From positions 1,315-65,314 of the forward strand of contig JAGAUJ010000012.1 in NCBI GenBank assembly GCA_017620845.1: a DNA stretch of 64,000 bases, given 5' to 3'. A program made the translations under genes and the position numbers. The notes under the pieces are model-generated. The model ran no database searches. It had not been told where the DNA came from and saw nothing but the letters and a program-made list of their open reading frames with translations. Shown here one piece after another: positions 31,069 to 40,498 of this stretch. This DNA is from Rickettsiales bacterium (GTDB lineage Bacteria; Pseudomonadota; Alphaproteobacteria; Rickettsiales; UBA1997). Numbering within the stretch: the first letter of the stretch is position 1; the number at the start of each line of letters is the position of its first letter.

Positions 31069-31255
31069 GTTAGTGCGTAAAAATTGGTAAACAAATGAAT
31101 GAATAAATAGAAATAAGTGGGCAAATAAAGTGAATAGACAAATAAAATAATAAACAGGTAAATAAATGGATAACACTAATTAAAAAGTATTTAATTTTGT
31201 GGTAGGTGGTGTGCTGAATATATATAATAAATTTGTTTACTAATTGTAATTTGAA

Positions 31256-31290
31256 CAACTCCATCTTTTTTGATGGAGTTGGTTTTATTT
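31256..31290. terminator. Hairpin terminator between convergent rnhB and ankyrin gene
   Basis: CAACTCCATC-T6-GATGGAGTTG followed by gttttattt. Confidence 0.65.
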
Positions 31291-31310
31291 GTATTTTATT
31301 GTTATAGGTT

Positions 31311-32150
31311 TTAAAAATCATCAAAAGAAGAACTTTGGTTTATGTTGTATGTTTTTTGTGGGATTTTTTTGTCAAATTCATCACTTGCACTATTTAAATT
31401 TGATAATTCATTATTTGAAAGTTTATTTGTTGTTTGTAGTATATCTTCTTCTTCATGTATGTTTATATCTTCATCTTCAACTTTTGGTAGGTTACCTTCT
31501 TCTATAAATAAAGGAATAGAAGAACTATTTAATTCTTCTTTATATATATATTTTTCCCATTCATTTGTTTTTGCGTAGTCTACAGGAGTAAGTCCAAAAT
31601 TATCTTCTATTGTTTTATCTGCTCCTCTTTCTAACAATTTAGCAATAATATTGCCATAAGCATTGTTTTCTTTACAACTGTATTCTTCTTCATACTCCTC
31701 TTCTTCATACTCCTCTTCTTCATACTTATTTTTCTGTATTTCTGGATTCGGCATTGATGTTGCTAAATGTAATGGGGTTTTTCCATCTGTATTTTGTATA
31801 TTTGGATCTACTTCATAAAAGCACAATATTCTAACAGTATTTAGATTTCCTCCTGTTACTGCATAATGTAATGGAGTGTTGCCTTCTTTATCTTGCACAT
31901 TGATATCTATATTTTTATACTCTTCTAATAAGTCATTAATAATTTTTAAATGGCTATCTTCTTTATTATTATAGTATGTTGCTAAATGTAATGGGGTTTT
32001 TCCTTCTTTATCTTGTGCGTTGATATCTGCACCCGACTCAATTGCTTTTAGTACACCATTAATATCAGCATTATAACAAGCATTAAATAATAATTCTGTT
32101 GGATTAATTTGTGTTTGTTTCTTCTTTTTTCCTCTTTTATTTGCTTCCAT
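31311..32150 (-). CDS. Ankyrin-repeat protein, candidate T4SS effector
   Basis: GADINAQDKEGKTPLHLA, DKEGNTPLHYA, DGKTPLHLA, GLTPVDYA; acidic low-complexity insert and tail. Confidence 0.9.
   Translation of the reverse strand: MEANKRGKKKKQTQINPTELLFNACYNADINGVLKAIESGADINAQDKEGKTPLHLATYYNNKEDSHLKIINDLLEEYKNIDINVQDKEGNTPLHYAVTGGNLNTVRILCFYEVDPNIQNTDGKTPLHLATSMPNPEIQKNKYEEEEYEEEEYEEEYSCKENNAYGNIIAKLLERGADKTIEDNFGLTPVDYAKTNEWEKYIYKEELNSSSIPLFIEEGNLPKVEDEDINIHEEEDILQTTNKLSNNELSNLNSASDEFDKKIPQKTYNINQSSSFDDF
31681..31726 (-). repeat. 15-bp tandem repeat (about x3) encoding EEEEY
   Basis: tcttcttcatactcc repeated. Confidence 0.9.
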
Positions 32151-32573
32151 ATTTTCCTATTTATAAAAATTAATATAAAAACATTATATCATATTTTTTA
32201 CTTTATGTCAAGAAAAAATAATAAATATTTATATTTAAAATATCTTTGCATTTTTTTATAACGTATGTAATCTATTTTATTAACAATGTTTTTAATGGGG
32301 ATCAATATAAATATTGAAAACAAGGACAATTTTTATATTAATTAAAAAACAAAATTATACAGTGGTAAATATAATTAAATAAAAAATAATAATTAAATAG
32401 CAATAAATATATATTAAACAATGGTGCCGGTATTAATCAATAATATTGTTGTGTAGATATGATATATTAAAAACAGAACAATAAAAACAAATTAATAAAA
32501 TATTACAAAGATGGTATTGATTAAAAATATAAAATAATATTGAAATTTAAAATAGATAAAAAACTGTGGTTAG

Positions 32574-32648
32574 TGGCTCCACAAGTAGGGCTCGAACCTA
32601 CGACCGATCGGTTAACAGCCGATTGCTCTACCACTGAGCTATTGTGGA
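32574..32648 (-). tRNA. tRNA-Asn (GTT)
   Basis: TCCACAATAGCTCAGTGGTAGAGCAATCGGCTGTTAACCGATCGGTCGTAGGTTCGAGCCCTACTTGTGGAGCCA; cloverleaf with encoded CCA. Confidence 0.97.
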
Positions 32649-32838
32649 ACAACTAAAACAATTATAATTATGTATTTTTAAAAAGTCAAGAAAAAAATTA
32701 AATATTTTGAACAAATATTATAAATTTATCAAATAAATAAATTAATACAATTTTATTTATAACTATTAATAAGATAAATTATTGATTTTTCAAATAATAT
32801 TTATATAATTTATTTAGTAAATAATTTTTACAATAATT

Positions 32839-33597
32839 GTGTTATTAATATTTGAAAGTGGAAACACAACAACTAATGTTATTGTTAGAGATGATAATGA
32901 AATTAAATTATTTCATAAATTACTTGACTCACAAATAAAAACAGAAGATGATTTAAATGATATATTAAAACATCTTTTTGAATTAAATAATATTGATATA
33001 AAAGATATAAAAGAGGTTGTAATATCTTCTGTTGTTACAAAATTAGAAAAACTTGAAGAAGACTATTGTAAAATGAATAATCTTCCATTTTTCAACATAA
33101 AAAATGAAAATGTAAAACTTAATTTCAAGAAAAGACAAGGTCTTGGTTCTGATTTGACTGCAAATATATTTAATGCCATTGATATTTATAAACAGAATAT
33201 AATCGTAATAGATATGGGAACTGCAACTACTTTTAGTGTTATTAATGAAAAAGGTGAGGCGGTTGGTTGCTCTTTTATTGCTGGTGTAAAAACAACATTG
33301 GAAGCGTTATCTTCAAAATGCGATTTATTGCCAGAAATAGATATAGAAGAACCAAAGAGTGTTATGGGTAACACAACTATTGAAGCAATGCAGTCAGGTT
33401 TATATTTTGGTTATATTGGTATTTTAAAAGAAATAGTCCAAACTATAAAAAATGAATTGAATAACCAAGATATGCAAGTTATAATGACTGGTGGTTATTC
33501 AAAGAAATTTATTGATAAATTGGATTTTGTAACACAATATGTGCCAGATTTAACAACAGAAGGGATATATAAAATATATAAATTTAATACAAAATAA
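32839..33597 (+). CDS. coaX: Type III pantothenate kinase
   Basis: LLIFESGNT, ISSVV, LGSD, IVIDMGTATT, AMQSG, TGG. Confidence 0.9.
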   Translation: MLLIFESGNTTTNVIVRDDNEIKLFHKLLDSQIKTEDDLNDILKHLFELNNIDIKDIKEVVISSVVTKLEKLEEDYCKMNNLPFFNIKNENVKLNFKKRQGLGSDLTANIFNAIDIYKQNIIVIDMGTATTFSVINEKGEAVGCSFIAGVKTTLEALSSKCDLLPEIDIEEPKSVMGNTTIEAMQSGLYFGYIGILKEIVQTIKNELNNQDMQVIMTGGYSKKFIDKLDFVTQYVPDLTTEGIYKIYKFNTK

Positions 33598-33605
33598 CAG
33601 AAACT

Positions 33606-34865
33606 ATGTTTTCAAGTTTAGAGTTTTTTATTGCTTTTAGATATTTAAAAGCGAAAAGGAGGGAAAAATTTATATCAATAACTGCTTTGTTTTCTTTTAT
33701 TGGAATACTGTTGGGTGTTGCAACTTTGATAGTTGTAATGTCTGTAATGAATGGTTTTAGAGAGGAATTAGTAAGCAAAATAATTGGTATAAATGCACAT
33801 ATAAGTATTTTTCCAAAATATGATAGTAAATATCAATATAATGAAATAATACAAGATCTGCAAAAAATTAATAATATCCAAACCTCAAATCCACTTGTTG
33901 AAAATCAAGTTATGATTACAAATGGAGAAAAGGCCATTGGCGGGGTGGCAAGAGGTTTATATTTTAATGATTTACAAAATAAGATTGAAATATATAACAA
34001 TTTACAAACATATAAAGATTTTAATATAAATGATTTTGATATTGGTGCTAATGTTATTATAGGTAGTCAAATGGCCATAAGTTTAAATCTTGTTTTAGGA
34101 GATGAAATAAAAATTATTTCGCCAGAAGTTAATTCTACAATTATTGGAGTTATACCAAAAATGAAAACATATAAAATTGTTGGTATATTTTCAAGTGGCG
34201 CCTATGAATATGATTCTATGATTACTTTTATCCCTTTTGAAATGGCACAAAAACAATTTAACTATAAAGATTCTGCTGGTTCAATAGAAATATTTTTAAA
34301 AGACGCATCACAGGCACAAAATACAATGTTTGAAATAGAGCAAACTTTGGGTGATAAATATAATTTTAATATTATTGATTGGAAAGGTGCGAATTCTGGT
34401 TTAATATCTGCTTTAAATGTAGAAAGAAATGTTATGTTTTTAATTTTAACTTTAATTATAATAATTGCGGTTTTTAATATTATATCAAGTTTAATTATGC
34501 TTGTTATGGATAAAAATAAACAAATAGCAATTTTGAAGACTATTGGTGTTAGTAATTTTAGTATAATGAAGATATTTTTTATATGTGGAACGACGATAGG
34601 TGTAGTTGGAACAGCACTTGGAACTGCATTAGGAACACTTTTTGCTTATAATATTGAGAATATAAGGCATTTTTTGGAAAATGTTTTTGGTTTAAATTTG
34701 TTTAATCCAACCGTGTATTTTCTGTCTCAATTACCATCAAGGGTTTTTGTGGGTGATGTTATTGTTGTATCTTTGATGTCAATTTTATTGTCGTTTTTAG
34801 CAACAATCTATCCGGCATATAAGGCAAGTAAGACAAATCCGGCAGAGATTTTGAGATATGAATAA
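33606..34865 (+). CDS. lolC: Lipoprotein-releasing ABC transporter permease LolC/E
   Basis: IAFRYL, GILLGVATLIVVMSVMNGF, IAILKTIG, ATIYPAYKASKTNPAEILRYE. Confidence 0.95.
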   Translation: MFSSLEFFIAFRYLKAKRREKFISITALFSFIGILLGVATLIVVMSVMNGFREELVSKIIGINAHISIFPKYDSKYQYNEIIQDLQKINNIQTSNPLVENQVMITNGEKAIGGVARGLYFNDLQNKIEIYNNLQTYKDFNINDFDIGANVIIGSQMAISLNLVLGDEIKIISPEVNSTIIGVIPKMKTYKIVGIFSSGAYEYDSMITFIPFEMAQKQFNYKDSAGSIEIFLKDASQAQNTMFEIEQTLGDKYNFNIIDWKGANSGLISALNVERNVMFLILTLIIIIAVFNIISSLIMLVMDKNKQIAILKTIGVSNFSIMKIFFICGTTIGVVGTALGTALGTLFAYNIENIRHFLENVFGLNLFNPTVYFLSQLPSRVFVGDVIVVSLMSILLSFLATIYPAYKASKTNPAEILRYE

Positions 34866-35070
34866 TTATTTAATGTGTGTTGATAATTAAAATTAATTTT
34901 TGTGTTCTTTTTTATTAATGGGCACATGGTTGGTTTATTGAATGTGATTTGTTGTTGTGCTTAATAATATTTGTGTTGTTGACATTATTTGTGTGTTAAA
35001 AAAATCTTGAAAATATATAAATTTGTTGTATTATAATAATAATTATTATAATAATATGTGAGGTGGTGCA

Positions 35071-36890
35071 ATGAGTAATGGAACAACTAATAGTGGCATA
35101 CATACACCGAAAGGGGGTGCTAGGTCTAGAACAAAAAATGGAGAACCTGCAGAGAGATCTTCAACAAATAGCAATAAGCCAGTACATCCACCAGTGACTG
35201 GTGCTAAGATTAGGTCTGGACAAAATTTACAGACTAAGGTATCTGGCGGTCTTAGTCTTGAGAAGTTTAAAAAACAACAGGAACAGAAAAAAAAGTAGAT
35301 GAAGAAAAAAAAAGAAAAGCAGAACAAGAGAAAAAGCGATTACAGGAGGAGGAAAATAATAGGCCATTGAATAGGTGTATCGATAAAATTTATAATGATT
35401 GTTTAACTGGAGATAAAAATGTAAATAATAATAAAACAAATAGAGATATTGTTGCTACCTATGATATGACTATGTATAAACTTAGTAATTTTAAAAAGGA
35501 TAAACAAAATAAGGAATTAACAGATGAAGAAATACTTAAACTAAAAAAACAAATTATTGATGAATTAAAATATAGCACATTTAATGATAGATGTTTTGAT
35601 GCTATAATTGGTATATACAATGAAGCAAATGGTGGATCAGAAAAATTTTTGAAAGATATAGAAACAGTAAGAAATAGTAATTTTGTTGGTGAAATGTCAA
35701 AAAGGTGTTACGGTAGTGAAACTGCAATACAGTTTACTAGGACTGTAAAAAATAATACACCTGCGGTTGAGCCAAAACCAGAACCAGAACCAGAACCATC
35801 AAAATCAGAACCAGAACCAGAACCATCACAACCAGAACCATCAAAATCAGAACCATCAAAATCAGAACCAGAACAACCGCACGAATTCACGGTTACATCT
35901 GTTGCAATAAGACAGCCAGCAAGGGCTCAAGAACAAACACAAGAGCAAGAACAAGACCCAATATTACCGCATCTACAAAATATTGCCAAATTTGATCGTA
36001 GCAATGAAAATACACTAAATGGAACTATTGGTGAAGTTGGAGAAATTAACACAATATTAAATAATATGAATATTGTAGATTCCAATGATCGTATGAGCAG
36101 AATTCTTCAAAGTGCTGATGTTTTAAGAGAACAAAATAGAAATAATCCAGAACTTGTTGAAAATTTTGATCAAAATTTACGTTCATCTATAACACATTTT
36201 GGCAATATTGAAGAAGCGCAACAAAATAACACAATTGCAGAATTGGAAACATTAAGAATAGTTGCCAATCCAGAAAGTGGAATTACAAAAGAAAATATAC
36301 AAAATATTAGACCGGACCAACTGTCAGATGAATACAAACACACATTACAAAATGGTGGTTGTGGTGTTAAAATTGGTAATATGAAAATAGTAAAGGATGA
36401 AAATGGAGTTGAATACTATGAACTTACTGGTTTAGATTCTGCTACGGGAGATAGTTTAGATGGTGCAACCATTAGAATTCCCGTGATGGATGGTGATAAA
36501 AGAAGGAATGCTGTTGATGTTGTTGAAACGTTTAGAAGAGGTGAAATTGGGCAGAGAATTGAGAATGGATTAGTTCAAATGTTTGATAAAGATAATAAGC
36601 CCGTAAAAGAACTTAGTGAAGAACAAAAAGATGCTTTTAAACGTAAAAGTATTGCTGATATAAATAAATTAAGAGCAGAAAAAGAAGAAAAAAAGAAAAA
36701 AGAAACACAACAAAAGCAAACACAAAATATACCACCAATAGAGATACAAGAAGCTGTAAATAAAGGACTACCTGGATTTAGTGGAGCTGTTGCTACACAG
36801 AGCGAAGAAAAATTACCAACAGACCAACCACCAATACAGGGACAAGGTCAGAAAAAAAATAAAAAAGTTGAATTGAGTGGCGGTATGTAG
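35071..36890 (+). CDS. Hypothetical low-complexity protein (about 606 aa) split by a -1 frameshift at an A8 run; effector-like
   Basis: Strong SD GAGGTG before ATG 35071. Adding one A at 35287-35294 joins ORF 35071-35298 to ORF 35367-36890 via KKKVDEEKKRKAEQEKKRLQEEENNRPL. Confidence 0.7.
35772..35879 (+). repeat. GAACCA / GAACCATCAAAATCA tandem repeats encoding PEPEPEPSKSEP
   Basis: Directly visible 6- and 15-bp units. Confidence 0.9.
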
Positions 36891-37168
36891 GTTAATATAA
36901 AAATGTTAATATAGAATCTATCAATAGATGTTGATATATTCTAGTGTATACTAATTAAACAATTTAATTATAGATAATAAAGTTAATTTGTAATAAATGA
37001 TTTATTAAATTAAAAACTATTAATAGTTTTTATTATTTTAATATTAAAAATTATAGTTTTGTTTAGAATTAATTTTAATAACATAAATAAAAACATATGA
37101 TTTAACCACTCAATTGACTTTTATTTTTACATAAATACAATAATCAGCAAGTAATGTTATTTTTTTAA

Positions 37169-38281
37169 ATGTGTATTATTTATAGCATTAACAACAATAC
37201 ATTAAACATAAATTTTAGCCAAAAATTTATATCATATAGTGATACACAAAAGAAAAATGAACTATTTAATATAATTAATACAAACAGTATTAGAAAGATA
37301 GTTATAACAACAAAAGATTTACAAGAATATGATTCAAGTTTAACAATAATTTTATACAAAATCATAAAGATAAGCAAAATACAAAATATAGATATTAATA
37401 TAGATAATATTGAAAATAATTTAAAAGAACTTATAAAATTAGCATTTTCAGTAAACAGACGACCGAATTGCAACAAAGAACAAAAACAAACATTTTTTGA
37501 AAAATTGGGAGAAAAAACAGTAAATTATCACAGTAGTTTTAAAAGAGGATTGTTTTTCATTTATGAAACCATTAAATCATTAAAAAGATTTTGTTTATCA
37601 AAAGCAGTTTATAGAAAAGTTGATTTATATTTTGCATTAGAAGATTGCACTTTTAAAGCCTTGCCAATAGTTGGTTTAATTAATTTTATGGTTGGTGTTA
37701 TCCTTGCTTTTGTTGGAGCTATTGAATTAAAATTATTTGGTGCAGAAATATATGTGGCGAGTCTTGTTTCAATTTCGATGGTCAGAATTATGGGGGCAAT
37801 TATGGTTGGAATTATAATGTCCGGAAGAACTGGTGCTTCTTATTCTGCTACAATAGGAACAATGCAAGTAAACGATGAAATTGATGCTTTGAAAACTATG
37901 GGTTTTTCTGTTATAGATTTTTTATTGTTACCAAGAATTATTGCGCTTGTAATTACAATGCCAGTATTAACAATGTTTGCTGAAATTATAGGTATTTTAG
38001 GTGGTGCTTTTGTTGGAATATTTGCTTTAAATTTGCCAGCCCAAGAATATATAAAAATGTCTATTGATATTTTGTCTTTAAATCATTTTTTGGTTGGACT
38101 TCTTCATAGTTTTGTGTTTGGAATTGTAATATCAATATGTGGTTGTTATTATGGTATTAATTGTGGAAAAGATGCTGATAGTGTTGGTAAATCTACAACA
38201 ATGGCAGTTGTATCATCAATAATTTGGATAATTATTTCTACTGGAATAATAACTATTTTGTGTGAGGTATTTAAGATATGA
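37169..38281 (+). CDS. MlaE-family ABC permease with N-terminal STAS-like domain
   Basis: SGRTGASYSATIGTMQVNDEIDALKTMG, LLPRIIAL, SVGKSTT.AVV. Confidence 0.9.
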   Translation: MCIIYSINNNTLNINFSQKFISYSDTQKKNELFNIINTNSIRKIVITTKDLQEYDSSLTIILYKIIKISKIQNIDINIDNIENNLKELIKLAFSVNRRPNCNKEQKQTFFEKLGEKTVNYHSSFKRGLFFIYETIKSLKRFCLSKAVYRKVDLYFALEDCTFKALPIVGLINFMVGVILAFVGAIELKLFGAEIYVASLVSISMVRIMGAIMVGIIMSGRTGASYSATIGTMQVNDEIDALKTMGFSVIDFLLLPRIIALVITMPVLTMFAEIIGILGGAFVGIFALNLPAQEYIKMSIDILSLNHFLVGLLHSFVFGIVISICGCYYGINCGKDADSVGKSTTMAVVSSIIWIIISTGIITILCEVFKI

Positions 38282-39033
38282 TTGAAAAAGAAGCACAAAT
38301 TTTAGTTAAAGATTTGGATATATCTTATGAAGATTTTGTTTTGATGGAGAACTTAAATTTTTCAATAAATAAAAAAGATATATTTGTAATAATGGGTGGT
38401 AGTGGTTGTGGTAAAAGTAGTTTATTGAAAATATTGGTTGGTTTAAAAAAACCAGATGTTGGAGAGGTTATTATTGATGGAGTAAATTTTTGGAAAACAG
38501 ATGATAAAATAAAAAATAGAATTATGCAAAGATGTGGTATTTTGTATCAAAGTGGCGCCCTGTTTAGTTCTATGACATTAGCAGAAAATATTGCTTTGCC
38601 TTTGCAACAGCATACAAATTATAGTAAAAGTGATATAGAAGATATAGTATCTTTAAAATTGTCACTTGTTGGACTTGCTGGTTTTGAAAATTTTTATCCA
38701 TTTGAAATAAGTGGCGGTATGAAAAAGAGGGCTGGACTGGCTCGCGCATTGGCACTTGATCCAAAAATAGTTTATTTTGACGAACCATCGGCTGGACTCG
38801 ATCCAGTAAGTTCTAAACTGTTAGATGATTTGATTGTGAAAATTAATGAAAGTTTAAATACTACAATAGTTGTTATAACACATGAATTGAGTTCAATTTT
38901 TAATATTGCCACAAATTCAATATTTCTTGATGCAAATACAAAAGGTATTTTAGAAAGAGGAAACCCAAAAGAAATATTAGATACAACAAAAAATGAAACT
39001 GTTTTAAAATTTTTAACAAGAGGTGAAAAATGA
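38278..39033 (+). CDS. MlaF/Mkl-family ABC ATPase
   Basis: GGSGCGKS, ISGGMKKRAGLARALALDP, FDEPSAGLDP, THEL. Confidence 0.93.
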   Translation: MIEKEAQILVKDLDISYEDFVLMENLNFSINKKDIFVIMGGSGCGKSSLLKILVGLKKPDVGEVIIDGVNFWKTDDKIKNRIMQRCGILYQSGALFSSMTLAENIALPLQQHTNYSKSDIEDIVSLKLSLVGLAGFENFYPFEISGGMKKRAGLARALALDPKIVYFDEPSAGLDPVSSKLLDDLIVKINESLNTTIVVITHELSSIFNIATNSIFLDANTKGILERGNPKEILDTTKNETVLKFLTRGEK

Positions 39034-39788
39034 TTAAAAGAAAACCAAATACAAAAATGATAGGTATTTTTACATTTTGTGGGATAATGTTATTTTTGTT
39101 CATATTTTCATTTTTTTTACATAATAAATTATCAGTAAGTAAAAATGATTTAATGGTTATGTTTTTTAGGGAATCAATACAGGGTTTAAAGGTTGGTTCG
39201 CCGGTAGTTTTTAGAGGTGTTGAGGTTGGTAAGGTTGTAAAAATAGATTTGGAATTTAATAAGGAAAATTATAATTTTGATATACCAGTTTATATAACTA
39301 TAAATAAAGGTAATAATAAAATAAAATTTGCTGATGTAATATTAAAGAAACAAGTTAAAGCAAGATTAGTAACATATAGTGTTATAACTGGTCAATTAAT
39401 GATAGAATTGGAATCTTTACCAGAAGCAAAAACTATTTTGGTTAATAAATATAAAGATAAAATTGTGGAGATTCCAACAGTTTTATCATCAAAAGGTGAG
39501 TTATCACAAGGGATAAAGGATTTACCGTTGAAAAGTATAATTGAAAATTTTGATAAAACATTAACTTCTTTAAATAAGCATACTCCAATTTTATTGGCAG
39601 AACTTAATAGATTTATGACTAATATTAATGGGATTATAGAGGTAGATAATAATAAGACAGACAGTATTGCTCATAATATAAACTCCACTATTGTTAATGT
39701 TAATGAATTATTAAAGTCTGCAAGAAATCTTGTTGATTATCTTGAAAGACACCCAGAGTCTTTATTAAAAGGAAAAGGAGGATATTAA
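39030..39788 (+). CDS. MlaD/MCE-domain protein
   Basis: N-terminal TM, GLKVGSPVVFRGVEVGKV, C-terminal DYLERHPESLLKGK. Confidence 0.9.
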   Translation: MIKRKPNTKMIGIFTFCGIMLFLFIFSFFLHNKLSVSKNDLMVMFFRESIQGLKVGSPVVFRGVEVGKVVKIDLEFNKENYNFDIPVYITINKGNNKIKFADVILKKQVKARLVTYSVITGQLMIELESLPEAKTILVNKYKDKIVEIPTVLSSKGELSQGIKDLPLKSIIENFDKTLTSLNKHTPILLAELNRFMTNINGIIEVDNNKTDSIAHNINSTIVNVNELLKSARNLVDYLERHPESLLKGKGGY

Positions 39789-39789
39789 A

Positions 39790-40371
39790 ATGAAAAAAAT
39801 TTTAGTAATTATTTTATCTTGTTGTTTATTACAAAGTTGTATAAGTAGTAGAAGTAAACCATCAAGTTTTTATGGTTTGAGAAGTATTGAAATTGAGGTT
39901 GGTGGTGTTTTTACTAGTATTAATAAGAAGATTTTAATTAATACTGTAAATATTCCAAGTTATATTGATAGACCGCAAATTGTTACTGTTAAAAATAATA
40001 AGATTGAATATGTTATAGATGAAACAAATAGGTGGATTGAGCCACTTGGTATATTGATGCAAAATGTGATTGCTGAAAATATGCAAAATTATCTCATTAA
40101 TTCAACAGTTAGGACTTTTGGAGTAAATGAAAGAAGTTATGATTATCTTGTTAATGTAGATGTGAAAAGAATAGATGCTGTTTTTGGTGATGCTGTTTAT
40201 TTTGAGTGTATGTATAATGTTGTGAATAATAGACAGAATGTTATGGTAAGTAAGAAATTTGTTAACAATGTGAAACTTGATACTGATTATGTTGGTTTAG
40301 TAAATGGTATTAGTGAAGTTGTGAGTAATTTGGCTTTGGATATTATAAAAAGTATTAAAAATGGTAGGTAG
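39790..40371 (+). CDS. PqiC/ABC auxiliary lipoprotein
   Basis: Lipobox LQSC, IPSYIDRPQIV, RWIEPL. Confidence 0.85.
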   Translation: MKKILVIILSCCLLQSCISSRSKPSSFYGLRSIEIEVGGVFTSINKKILINTVNIPSYIDRPQIVTVKNNKIEYVIDETNRWIEPLGILMQNVIAENMQNYLINSTVRTFGVNERSYDYLVNVDVKRIDAVFGDAVYFECMYNVVNNRQNVMVSKKFVNNVKLDTDYVGLVNGISEVVSNLALDIIKSIKNGR

Positions 40372-40498
40372 TAATTTTTAATTTGTTGTTTATCGTAAAA
40401 TATTGATATTGGTGAATGTAATGCAGTGAAAAAAGTATTGAAAAATATATATTTTTATTTATAATTACAAACAATTATTGTTTATTATACATTAGATT

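Noticed and set aside
32151-32573. Integrated element or ncRNA at the tRNA-Asn 3' end
   Set aside because: No duplicated tRNA 3' end, integrase or structured GC-rich segment is visible. It is simply AT-rich intergenic DNA.
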